Positions 18,813 through 26,839 of a DNA stretch of 42,869 nucleotides are shown in pieces. A program made the translations under genes and the position numbers. The first letter of the stretch is position 1. The number at the start of each line of letters is the position of its first letter. Under the pieces are notes generated by a model that was not told the DNA's origin, ran no database searches, and saw only the letters and a program-made list of their open reading frames with translations. This DNA comes from a virus. Where the stretch lies: positions 1-42,869 of the IMG/VR virus record IMGVR_UViG_3300045988_027679; one strand, written 5' to 3'.

Positions 18813-19454
18813 CTATTCGGTTTTTTCCTTGAGTTCTTCCACGTCAAAGTTGCGCTTTTCGATTGCGTCAAGTCCCAGCATATCTGCCACGGCTTGTGCG
18901 TCCTCGCTGCGATATACGATGATGATGCGCTGCTCTTCGTCCTCTGCTGGCTCGTAGGTCGTGGCTTCCTGCTGGATTTCCCAGGGGTTCAATCCCCATC
19001 GCTGCATATCGTCCACGTCAAATGCTCCCTTTAGCTTCTCTTCATCCCAACTTCCAAAATAGACGTTATCCTTGATGATGAACTCGTCCGTCTCTTCTTC
19101 GGATAGGCTGTCAGCAATAACGACCTCGACCTTTGGTTCTGCCTTCCACTTCTCCCAGTGGCTGCAAAGCTGCTGCTTCTCTCCATCGGTCAGTTTCACG
19201 GCCACGGCTTCAATAGCTCCCTTGATTGCTTCGTCTTCCATCTGCTCGATGTTGAGCAGGGCACGGAAGCGCATGTTACCTCCGAGGATAACTCGGTTCT
19301 CATTGCAGACGATAGGTCTCATCTGTAACATCTTCGGAAACGTCAGAATGCTCTCAACGAGTTTCTGCATCTGCTGTGGCTCTATGGTTCGTGGGTTGTC
19401 TTGGTTCTCCACAAGGTCGTGCAGGTTGATGTTCTCGATTCTATTCTTCTCCAT
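18813..19454 (-). CDS. ParB/Srx N-terminal-domain protein (paralogue B)
   Basis: Contains HDLVENQDNPRTI ... RPIVCNENRVILGGNMRFRAL, i.e. an NPR box and a GxxR box analogous to ParB GERRxRA. It has an acidic C-terminal half and no obvious HTH. Confidence 0.7.
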   Translation of the reverse strand: MEKNRIENINLHDLVENQDNPRTIEPQQMQKLVESILTFPKMLQMRPIVCNENRVILGGNMRFRALLNIEQMEDEAIKGAIEAVAVKLTDGEKQQLCSHWEKWKAEPKVEVVIADSLSEEETDEFIIKDNVYFGSWDEEKLKGAFDVDDMQRWGLNPWEIQQEATTYEPAEDEEQRIIIVYRSEDAQAVADMLGLDAIEKRNFDVEELKEKTE

Positions 19455-20217
19455 TGTCTTCCTCCTTTCCTTCTTTTTGTCTTGGTTTCAGTTCGTCAAA
19501 GTTCCAGACGATGCGGTCAATATGATCAACTCCCAACAGCTTGGCAAGAAATGGCTCATCGGCTGGCTTGTAGTGAATGATTACGTTCTCACGTGGCAAA
19601 ACGCCATCGCCCATTATCGTTGGCAAGTCGTCAGGGGTCAAGTCCTGCCCTTCGATTTCAGGAGGTAGTTCCCCTGCGAATGGGTCGCCCTCTTGGTCGT
19701 CCTTGTCTTTCTTCTTGCACTTGCTTGTGCTGCTGGCTTCCGCTGGTGCTGGGTTCCAGACTGGCATACCCCAGTTCTGAAGCTGTGCGCTGTCCCATCG
19801 GTTCGCCAGGTCGTTGAAGTACCAGTTGCCGAAGGATAGGTTGTCTTTAATCATAAACTCCTGCTTCTGTGCTTCCGTCAAGTCTGATGCGCTCACAACG
19901 GTAACTGTTGGCTGCTGCTGCCATCCCTGCCAGTACTCCATCAATGCGGCTTGTTCCTCATCGGACAGACGCTGCTCTGCATCCAACTTCACTTGAATGC
20001 TTGTTTCATCCATCGTGACAATGTGCTGCAAAGCTTTCAGTCTCATATTTCCACCCAATGCGTGGAATGTCTCATCAACAACAATCGGGCGCAGGGTCAA
20101 CATTCGTGGGAACACGATGATGCTCTGCACCAGCTTCTGAAAGTTCGCTTGACTTATCTCCCTCGGGTTCGCTTCGTTCTCGCTGACCCTCGATAGTGCG
20201 ATTTCTTCTGTTTTCAT
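19441..20217 (-). CDS. ParB/Srx N-terminal-domain protein (paralogue A)
   Basis: Contains VSENEANPREI ... RPIVVDETFHALGGNMRLKAL, the same architecture as the downstream paralogue, with a 14-nt overlap to it. Confidence 0.7.
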   Translation of the reverse strand: MKTEEIALSRVSENEANPREISQANFQKLVQSIIVFPRMLTLRPIVVDETFHALGGNMRLKALQHIVTMDETSIQVKLDAEQRLSDEEQAALMEYWQGWQQQPTVTVVSASDLTEAQKQEFMIKDNLSFGNWYFNDLANRWDSAQLQNWGMPVWNPAPAEASSTSKCKKKDKDDQEGDPFAGELPPEIEGQDLTPDDLPTIMGDGVLPRENVIIHYKPADEPFLAKLLGVDHIDRIVWNFDELKPRQKEGKEEDNGEE

Positions 20218-20268
20218 TTTCTTCTTGTTTTAAGTTTGAAATTCGTGTTTATTTGGTAAACATTGCCG

Positions 20269-20276
20269 CAAAGATA
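20269..20276 (-). promoter_or_regulatory. -7 box TAtcTTTG upstream of the ParB-like/terminase/tail operon
   Basis: The minus-sense sequence AAAAAGTCGTATCTTTGCGGCA lies 52 nt upstream of the ATG at 20217. It shares the extended sequence TCGTATCTTTGC with the head promoter at 6347-6354 and has no -33 TTTG. Confidence 0.5.
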
Positions 20277-20342
20277 CGACTTTTTCGCTTTAGTTGTTCG
20301 TTCTTCGTTCGATTTTAACTTTTCGCAACTCTTCGTTTTTTC

Positions 20343-20885
20343 TCATCCATCAAAGGCTATGATGGTCTTCTGCAGGGTTGTCTGTGGCTTCTTTGGCTTG
20401 ACCTTGACCTTGTATCCGGCACACACCCATGCCAGTAGAAGTGCGTCTCTCTGGTCTTGGTTCATTCTCGGCATCTTTCCGTCTGAACTCATGAAGTAGG
20501 CGATTTCGTCTTGGGTTATTTTTCCGTCCTTGCCCTTCCAGCACTTCTTTAATGGCTTGATTATCTCGTAGGGTATATTGTAATGCTTGCAGCACTCAAC
20601 GATGAGAATTCCGGTCTGATGGTTCATTCCAGTGGATCGTCCGATGGCTGCTGCCTTGACTGCTGTCATGAACCGATTAAGCACATGCCAGTTGCTCTTA
20701 TTGAGCCAGCCGCCTTCAATAACGACCTTTACCTTCTTGCAGCTCTCGTTCATTGCCTTGAGGTATTCTATCAAAGCTGGGAAGTTCATCTTGTAAGCTA
20801 AGAATCTTCTATCATAGAAGACTGCACCGACACCGCTTTCGTTGTTGTCTGGGTCGATTCCGATTATAACTGTTCCTTTTTCCAT
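20343..20885 (-). CDS. RuvC-like Holliday junction resolvase
   Basis: VIIGIDPDNNESG (first catalytic Asp), VVIEGGW (Glu) and QDQRDALLLAW (C-terminal Asp pair) match the RuvC/RNase H-fold pattern. Confidence 0.7.
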   Translation of the reverse strand: MEKGTVIIGIDPDNNESGVGAVFYDRRFLAYKMNFPALIEYLKAMNESCKKVKVVIEGGWLNKSNWHVLNRFMTAVKAAAIGRSTGMNHQTGILIVECCKHYNIPYEIIKPLKKCWKGKDGKITQDEIAYFMSSDGKMPRMNQDQRDALLLAWVCAGYKVKVKPKKPQTTLQKTIIAFDG

Positions 20886-21100
20886 TTTGTTTTATTTTTG
20901 ATTTTCTTTTTATTTTGTTATTTTCTTAAAATTTTCGTTCTAAGCCGTTATATCTGTGTCTGTGGGTAGTTGTTCGGGTTGCGGAATCCTACGTGCGTGT
21001 GTGCGCTTGTGTGCGCTTGTGCGCTAGCTCCCTACTATTCCTATCCTCTACCCTATAGTCCCTTCTCCTTTCCGTCTTGCTGGCTTGAAACAGAAAAATC

Positions 21101-21174
21101 GAGGGAGTGCCTGTCGATTTGCAAATAGATGAATATCTTATAACGGAACGAGTTTATTATGCAAGCACTCCCTC
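21101..21174. repeat. 10-bp perfect inverted repeat with a 54-nt spacer in a noncoding gap
   Basis: GAGGGAGTGC (21101-21110) pairs with GCACTCCCTC (21165-21174). On the minus-sense RNA the hairpin is followed by GAUUUUUCUGUUUC. Confidence 0.7.
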
Positions 21175-21257
21175 TTTGGATCTGTTACTTCATGTTCCAC
21201 CTCGCTTTCTTTGTTTAGAGTGGGTAGCGTTGATGGTCTGCCCAGCTGGTTAAATAC

Positions 21258-21410
21258 TTATTTTCTGTGATTCAAGGATTGCTCCTTCTTTTTCTTCCCA
21301 TTGCATTCCTTGATGTTTTTGTGTTCTACATATTGCCTGCGAGGTGGGCAGTACCTGCCGTTGATGCAGTTCCGCCCTTCCTCGCAAGCCTTGCACAGTT
21401 CGCTCGCCAT
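21258..21410 (-). CDS. Small Cys-rich protein (50 aa), not in the ORF track
   Basis: My own translation gives MASELCKACEEGRNCINGRYCPPRRQYVEHKNIKECNGKKKKEQSLNHRK. The ATG lies 5 nt after the upstream stop, and CxxC plus 3 more Cys suggest a zinc-ribbon-like fold. Confidence 0.5.
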   Translation of the reverse strand: MASELCKACEEGRNCINGRYCPPRRQYVEHKNIKECNGKKKKEQSLNHRK

Positions 21411-21415
21411 ACGTC

Positions 21416-22399
21416 CTAGAATGGCATGTAGTCGTGGTCAGTAAAGGCGATGTCCTCGTTCCCCTCGAATGGGATGCAGCTGGTGAAGCTATCTGACTTT
21501 CCGCTGTTGATAAGCAGGACTTCGTATCTCCACGTAGAACTCTCTCCACGGTCACGGGAAATGAACGCTGGTTGCCACTTGTTATTATCTCCATTCCTTA
21601 CCAGCACCTTGTCGAAAGGCTTGAAGACTGGCTGCTCCTTCGCTCTCATCGCTTTCTTCTCTTTCTCCAGCCATTGGGTGTAAGCTTTCTGAAAAACTGT
21701 TGTTTCGCTCTCTGTTGCTTCTCTCAGTTCCTCGTGTACGCTGATTTGTAGGTCGAAATCATGGTCGGTCACGAACTTCTCGTTCTCGATTTCGTACTGG
21801 TTGCCGAATGTCAGCGTGTCCTTGCTTTCGTTCTTTCCGATGAGCTTGCCAATAACGGTTACATTGCCATCCTCGTCTTCCTCATCAAAAACGTAGAGCT
21901 TTCCGATTTTAAACGCTGGCTGCTCAATCTTCAATGTCTCTAGGTTGAGCTTGCCACCTAATTTTTCCTCAATACATTTGATAAAAGATTTCGCCTCCTT
22001 TTCTGATGCTAAAGTATGTAAATTGGTATCAAAAAAAGCATCTTCTACCAAATTAATTGTCTTTGCATAGAAACTAGTATAGTTGTCATTTGCCAATCTA
22101 TCGAAGAGTATCTTTAAACCTCTGCTATTTACCAACACATCGCCCTTCTTCCAGGCGAACTTGTGCCAGTCACGCATTTGCTTTGATGGAAAAAGCAGGA
22201 CTTCTCCTCCCTTCATCCATTTGCCGTGCTTGTCGAAGGAGTAAGCTCCGTTCTTATTCTCAGTCCAGATTGCTCTCGATTTCTCCTTGTCTGCTTCAAC
22301 TGAAATGAACTCAACATTTCCGCACATTGGCGTGTAAAGTGGGGTGCCATCTGGCATGCCCTTCAAAATCTCATAAATATCAATATCTTTCTGTTCCAT
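21416..22399 (-). CDS. Hypothetical early protein
   Basis: 327-aa ORF with an internal duplication of a W/K-rich motif (WHKFAWKKGDVLV and FDKVLVRNGDNNKWQPAFI). It is preceded by the AAACATTCAG leader motif. Confidence 0.75.
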   Translation of the reverse strand: MEQKDIDIYEILKGMPDGTPLYTPMCGNVEFISVEADKEKSRAIWTENKNGAYSFDKHGKWMKGGEVLLFPSKQMRDWHKFAWKKGDVLVNSRGLKILFDRLANDNYTSFYAKTINLVEDAFFDTNLHTLASEKEAKSFIKCIEEKLGGKLNLETLKIEQPAFKIGKLYVFDEEDEDGNVTVIGKLIGKNESKDTLTFGNQYEIENEKFVTDHDFDLQISVHEELREATESETTVFQKAYTQWLEKEKKAMRAKEQPVFKPFDKVLVRNGDNNKWQPAFISRDRGESSTWRYEVLLINSGKSDSFTSCIPFEGNEDIAFTDHDYMPF

Positions 22400-22445
22400 A
22401 ATCTGAATGTTTTTTATTGTTTATTACTCTTGTTTCTTTTGTCTG

Positions 22446-22571
22446 TTACAGCTTGACGTGTCCGAGTTTCTTGTATAGTTCCACCAGTTCTTGGGTATCG
22501 AGCCAGAAGTCGGTGTCGCCAACGTAAACGTGATGTCGGTGTTCGTCTGTGATGATTTCTATCTTTTTCAT
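22446..22571 (-). CDS. Small hypothetical protein (41 aa), not in the ORF track
   Basis: My own translation gives MKKIEIITDEHRHHVYVGDTDFWLDTQELVELYKKLGHVKL. It fits the gap better than the Arg-rich track ORF 22414..22611. Confidence 0.45.
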   Translation of the reverse strand: MKKIEIITDEHRHHVYVGDTDFWLDTQELVELYKKLGHVKL

Positions 22572-22635
22572 ATTTTCTTCTTTTTACGATGATTTCATTG
22601 CTCAATCTCAATGCTACCTACTTGTTTACTCATTG

Positions 22636-22932
22636 TTATGTATGTTTAATTAAAAATTCTTTTGCTCTACCAGCAAACCCCTTGATGGCTGCTTTCTTGT
22701 GAGCCACATTGCCAGTAGTCAGCTCATCAGCCATATCCTCGATGGTTGAGAAGTACTTGACTAGCTTGTCTTTGATGCCTGGCAATGATTCAACCTTACA
22801 ATTACCACCAATAGATTCGTTATTGCAGCCAAGTTCAAGATAATCTTCAACAATATCTTTTATCTCATCTTGTGTACTTTCATCCCCATCTTCGAGAGTG
22901 ATGGTTATATTGAATTTATATTCTGTAATCAT
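22636..22932 (-). CDS. Hypothetical early protein
   Basis: 98-aa acidic ORF in the packed early operon. Confidence 0.65.
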   Translation of the reverse strand: MITEYKFNITITLEDGDESTQDEIKDIVEDYLELGCNNESIGGNCKVESLPGIKDKLVKYFSTIEDMADELTTGNVAHKKAAIKGFAGRAKEFLIKHT

Positions 22933-22959
22933 ATTTTCTTCTTTTTACTATATTTTTCG

Positions 22960-23442
22960 CTATTTAAAAAGTTCCAGCTGTGGATGAATGATGTCTGCCC
23001 TCTTCTTCTTCGCTGCCCAGAGAAGGAGGTTGGTGTTCTTGGTTCCAGCATTGTCCTCGAGGTATCTGATGATGTAGGTCAAAGCGTCTTGAGCCGCTTC
23101 TTTCTCGTTACCACAGAAGATGGCGACAGCGTCATATCTACTCGGGTAGCCTGCCGGACTGTCGTGTCCGTTCCCTCCATTCCGAATGCTGTAGCCCCAT
23201 ATCCAGCCGAACTGGGTTTTAGCGGTCATTACCTTCCATCCCCAGTTGTCTGCATCCTCTACGGAATACTCGATTACGTGCGGATTGATGCAAACATCAT
23301 TGATGTTGTACTTGAAGCCTTCATGCTCTGCAACTGGCTTCTTGATGTCATAGCTGTTATCGGTAAGCCATTTGAACCAATCGTCCGATGTCTTGAATAC
23401 AAGCCCTGCGGCTCTGCATTCGTGGAAAAACAACTCATTCAT
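22960..23442 (-). CDS. Hypothetical early protein
   Basis: 160-aa ORF in the packed early operon. Confidence 0.7.
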   Translation of the reverse strand: MNELFFHECRAAGLVFKTSDDWFKWLTDNSYDIKKPVAEHEGFKYNINDVCINPHVIEYSVEDADNWGWKVMTAKTQFGWIWGYSIRNGGNGHDSPAGYPSRYDAVAIFCGNEKEAAQDALTYIIRYLEDNAGTKNTNLLLWAAKKKRADIIHPQLELFK

Positions 23443-23467
23443 AATCTTTATTGGAATTTAATTATAT

Positions 23468-23965
23468 CTACACATTCATTTCGTGATTAATTCCAAGACC
23501 ATAGAGAAGGTGCTGGAGTTGATGTATGTACCTTATAGGTGTTTCTGAGATTTCTTGTGCATAAAGAAATAGAAAAAACGCCTCTTCTTCTTGGTAGAAT
23601 CTTAGGCTAATATTTGTTTCTGCTGGTTTATGATAACTACTCCAAGAAACATCATCATAACTATTTCTTTCATGATGTTTATGAAGCTTCCAGCCATTCT
23701 TCTCTAGAATCTCTGGAGTGAGAGGGATTGGAACAATGTTACCGACCCAAGCATAGCAGTCACAAAAGAGATAACCTTTATCTCCTATTTCTGTCCCTTC
23801 TATGTTCTCTAAGCAGACAACACCTTTCGGAACCGTTCCATATTCTAAATTTAAAGTCTTTGATGGATCCGACGAAGTTACTCGATAAACGACATCTTTG
23901 GCAGTATCTAAAGGTACTCCGTTTGTCATTACCAAATCTCCTGGAATGTATTCTAACTTATCCAT
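23468..23965 (-). CDS. Hypothetical early protein
   Basis: 165-aa ORF whose composition is more AT-rich than its neighbours. Confidence 0.7.
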   Translation of the reverse strand: MDKLEYIPGDLVMTNGVPLDTAKDVVYRVTSSDPSKTLNLEYGTVPKGVVCLENIEGTEIGDKGYLFCDCYAWVGNIVPIPLTPEILEKNGWKLHKHHERNSYDDVSWSSYHKPAETNISLRFYQEEEAFFLFLYAQEISETPIRYIHQLQHLLYGLGINHEMNV

Positions 23966-24052
23966 ACGCTTTACTTTTTACGATGATTAAACTTCTTGAT
24001 AGCATCCTTCTTAGAAGCTGCCATAATTTTAACTCCCTTGATGTCCAATTCG

Positions 24053-25105
24053 TTATTTTTCGGGCTTCCAGTCGATGCCCAACCGCTGCAGAACTCCCTG
24101 CTCGTAGAATCTCGCCAGCGAATCCTTGGCTGGCTTGTTCCGTGGATTCTTCTTCAAGTCGTCCAGGTTCTGCTGTATTATCCATCTGAACTTGTCGTCT
24201 TGACTCTGCTGATGTGCTGGCTGCTGGTGCTTGGCTTGCTCGTAGCGTTCCCCGATGCTCGGTCTTGCCGTTGCCGCAGGATCCTGCGCCTTGGCTGCTG
24301 CCGATTGCGGCTGCTGGCTTCCTGCTGGCTGCTCGTTGTCGTAGTTGCCTTCAAGAACCTTAGGGAAATTGGAAGGGCACATCATCCAGTCGAAGCTGGC
24401 AACCCATCCCTTTCCGTTCTTGCCGTTCATGAAGTCGCTTGCCATCGCCTTGTCGATTGCCTTATAGACCATCTGAACGTCCCCTCCGTATTCTCTTATC
24501 CTTGAACGGACGTTACACTTGCGCTGGTCGCTCATCAAGGTCAACCTTCGCATTACGCTGCCCGACTGGTCATGCTTGGTGTTCCAGTATTCCTTGATAG
24601 CAGCGAAATCAATCTTGGCGCATCGTTTGGCTGGGTCAACTTTCGGATTTTCCGAAATTGACAAACCTTCTTTAGAAGGTATATTATTATCTGTTTCTTT
24701 AGAAACATCATTATCATCTACATATTCATTTACATATACATTATCATTATCATATACATTATCATTATGCAATGCAATTTCTGCATTTGCATCCATTTGC
24801 ATACTTTTGTATGCTTTTGTATGCTTTTGCTGCGGCTCTTCTGCATTTGCATCCAATTGCTTTTTTTGCCAACGTTTCTGTGCATTTGCACGCAGCTTTT
24901 CTCGCTTTTCATTGTACTTGGCTTGGTTTCGCTCCATATCATCCTTGATAAAGGCGAAAGCCATACGTAATGTTGGCTCCAGGTTGATTACCTCGCCATC
25001 CCTTGCGTAGATGAAAATCGCCCTCATAAGTTTTCCGAGTTGCTCATCAGTAAGCCCCTCGATGATTGCGTAATATGATGTGTATAATATAAATGAATCG
25101 TTCAT
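24053..25105 (-). CDS. Replisome-organiser / DnaD-like replication protein
   Basis: The N-terminus FILYTSYYAIIEGLTDEQLGKLMRAIFIYARDGE..AFAFIKDDMERNQAKYNEKREKLRANAQKRW resembles Lin1244/DUF6291-type N-domains. The C-terminal segment RIREYGGDVQMVYKAIDKAMASDFMNGKNGKGWVASFDWMMCPSNFPKVLEGNY resembles the conserved phage C-terminal replication domain. Both matches are from memory. Confidence 0.6.
   Translation of the reverse strand: MNDSFILYTSYYAIIEGLTDEQLGKLMRAIFIYARDGEVINLEPTLRMAFAFIKDDMERNQAKYNEKREKLRANAQKRWQKKQLDANAEEPQQKHTKAYKSMQMDANAEIALHNDNVYDNDNVYVNEYVDDNDVSKETDNNIPSKEGLSISENPKVDPAKRCAKIDFAAIKEYWNTKHDQSGSVMRRLTLMSDQRKCNVRSRIREYGGDVQMVYKAIDKAMASDFMNGKNGKGWVASFDWMMCPSNFPKVLEGNYDNEQPAGSQQPQSAAAKAQDPAATARPSIGERYEQAKHQQPAHQQSQDDKFRWIIQQNLDDLKKNPRNKPAKDSLARFYEQGVLQRLGIDWKPEK
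24733..24855. repeat. AT-rich iteron-like repeats inside the replication gene (candidate origin)
   Basis: CATATACATTATCATTAT occurs twice in tandem (24733-24768). TTCTGCATTTGCATCCA occurs twice, 60 nt apart (24779-24795 and 24839-24855). ATGCTTTTGT occurs twice in tandem (24811-24830). Confidence 0.6.
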
Positions 25106-25109
25106 GATT

Positions 25110-25286
25110 TTATTCCGATAATGATAATTTCTTTTCCAGCTTGCGTTTGAGCACGGTAGCCATCCGGATTCTGTTCCGCTGGCTTGTGTCGGTCGGTGCT
25201 GTCACTTTCCCACCTAGGGAAATATAATTCTCCAGTTGGGAAATTATATTCCTTAGGTCGGTTTTTGATATAGGAACGTTAGCCAT
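25110..25286 (-). CDS. Small hypothetical protein (58 aa; internal ATG of track ORF 25110..25352)
   Basis: Starting at MANVPISKTDL removes a 55-nt overlap with the exonuclease gene and leaves an 11-nt spacer. Confidence 0.5.
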   Translation of the reverse strand: MANVPISKTDLRNIISQLENYISLGGKVTAPTDTSQRNRIRMATVLKRKLEKKLSLSE

Positions 25287-25297
25287 AAGCCCTGCCT

Positions 25298-26239
25298 TTA
25301 CTTGATGAGTAATCTCCGTGCTCCCTGCACCTGCTTGATGTACTTGGCGCACGCTTTAGGATGGTCTGCCTGAAAAGCCTTGGCATCGAACTTCTCGCTT
25401 GCCTTCGGTGCTTTCCACGTTGCCAGCATCTTTCCGTTTCCGTCCACGATGCTTTCTGCGTCCCCGAAGAACAGCTTCAAGTTGTCCTCAATCTCATCCT
25501 GCTCGGTCTCCAGTTTCTTGTTCTTAACCTTGAGTTCCTTGAGCCTAGCAATCTGTTCGAGTATCTCCTTCGTTGCGGTCACTTCCTTGCCAGCTACATG
25601 TAGAGGAGACTTTAGGAGAACGTCTTGTGCGCTGTAGGCTGGCGGCTCTTGGTTGCCAACGATGTAGTCAAGCCAGAACTTGGTTATCTCATCCCTCATC
25701 CATCCGAAGAATTCGGGGTCAAAGTCGATGTCACGGTAGCCGAACTCCCTTCCTGCTGTCAGCCAGGCCAGTGCTCCGTCCTTGTATTCTCCCACTCCGA
25801 GGTTCATCTGAAGCTGGCAGAACCAATGCTTCGGAATGTCGTTTGCATCTATCTGCATCTGCGTTGTCTTGCACTCGAGGATGCTCTTGCTCGCTTCGTT
25901 GTGCGTTGCCCCGACTCTCCAGAAGGTGCGGTCAGGAGATACACGCAGATATGGCGCATCGGTGTTAGTGATGGTGTAGTCGTCCGTGCTCGCCTTGATG
26001 ATGTGGCAGTGGCTCTCTCGCTTAAAGAACTGTGCCACGGCATCCTCCAGCAGGTGTCCTGCAACCATCGCAAAGTTCTCCACCTTTGGTGGGTCGATGC
26101 CCTTCTTGCGTCTCCACAACTGGTATGGGGTCTCCCATGGGTTCAGTCCCAGTACCGTGCCTGCCTCTGATGCACCTATTCCGTTCGAGCGGTTCTGCAA
26201 CCACTCCTCTCTGTTCTTGTACTTGATAATCTGTTTCAT
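25298..26239 (-). CDS. YqaJ-like (lambda Exo-type, PD-(D/E)XK) recombination exonuclease
   Basis: The N-terminal segment EWLQNRSNGIGASEAGTVLGLNPWETPYQLWRRKKG ... MVAGHLLEDAV is the characteristic YqaJ-domain pattern. Confidence 0.8.
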   Translation of the reverse strand: MKQIIKYKNREEWLQNRSNGIGASEAGTVLGLNPWETPYQLWRRKKGIDPPKVENFAMVAGHLLEDAVAQFFKRESHCHIIKASTDDYTITNTDAPYLRVSPDRTFWRVGATHNEASKSILECKTTQMQIDANDIPKHWFCQLQMNLGVGEYKDGALAWLTAGREFGYRDIDFDPEFFGWMRDEITKFWLDYIVGNQEPPAYSAQDVLLKSPLHVAGKEVTATKEILEQIARLKELKVKNKKLETEQDEIEDNLKLFFGDAESIVDGNGKMLATWKAPKASEKFDAKAFQADHPKACAKYIKQVQGARRLLIK

Positions 26240-26252
26240 TGTCTGAATGTTT

Positions 26253-26561
26253 TTATTTATTCATTAAAAATGTTCTAGCTGCCGTAAGAATAATCGAGCG
26301 AACGAATTCATCCCTTTCCATTGCTTGAGCAATTCCGCTTGCGAAGACACTGCTATTGCCGGAGCAAGCAATATGGAAGTCGTAACCTTGGTTTCCTTCT
26401 TTGTCCGTATCTCCATTTGTCTCAGTTGCTATCTGCAAAAAGTTTCTGCCTTCCTCGTCTTCCTCAGCCCATGCCTTGTAACCGTCTGCGGTTCTATCGA
26501 AGTACTTGTCGATGGTGCTCTCGTGTCTCTGATTGTTTTCTTTTTCTGCCATAATTTTCAC
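26253..26561 (-). CDS. Hypothetical early protein
   Basis: 102-aa acidic ORF. Confidence 0.65.
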   Translation of the reverse strand: MKIMAEKENNQRHESTIDKYFDRTADGYKAWAEEDEEGRNFLQIATETNGDTDKEGNQGYDFHIACSGNSSVFASGIAQAMERDEFVRSIILTAARTFLMNK

Positions 26562-26573
26562 GCTTATAAAGTT

Positions 26574-26738
26574 CTACATCGGATTGTCTGTCTTGAGCTG
26601 TAATCTGCCATCCTTCTTTGATGCAGATTCTACTGGCATGTGCCACGTTGACCCAGCCTTGCCTGCTGGCATAACAACCTCTACATAAATGTCTCCTTTG
26701 AGACCTTTAATTGCTTCTCTTAATTGTTTTACTGTCAT
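26574..26738 (-). CDS. Small hypothetical protein (54 aa), not in the ORF track
   Basis: My own translation gives MTVKQLREAIKGLKGDIYVEVVMPAGKAGSTWHMPVESASKKDGRLQLKTDNPM. It is preceded by the TTTAAACATTCAG leader motif. Confidence 0.5.
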   Translation of the reverse strand: MTVKQLREAIKGLKGDIYVEVVMPAGKAGSTWHMPVESASKKDGRLQLKTDNPM

Positions 26739-26839
26739 ATTACTGAATGTTTAAAAGTTGCCACGGCTTCCCTTTGTCTCGATGTGACCCCACCCCATAG
26801 GTTGCACCGTGGCGGTTCGGGATATTATAATAAAATGGC

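Noticed and set aside
18813-20217. Plasmid-type ParAB partition system (phage-plasmid lifestyle)
   Set aside because: There is no ParA/ParM/TubZ-type NTPase. The ParB-like proteins lack an obvious HTH, and an integrase and candidate attP are present.
21152-21168. 17-nt identity GTTTATTATGCAAGCAC with 35913-35929 (end of the endolysin gene)
   Set aside because: A single 17-mer match between two sites in 2 x 43 kb is only marginally unexpected, with a rough expectation of 0.1-0.2. The contexts differ and nothing else supports a functional link.
22414-22611. Arg-rich 65-aa track ORF (and similar ORFs at 21250..21594, 23958..24185, 40854..41093, 13690..13911)
   Set aside because: These have implausible composition and overlap better candidates or real genes. 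In this gap the 41-aa ORF 22446..22571 fits better.
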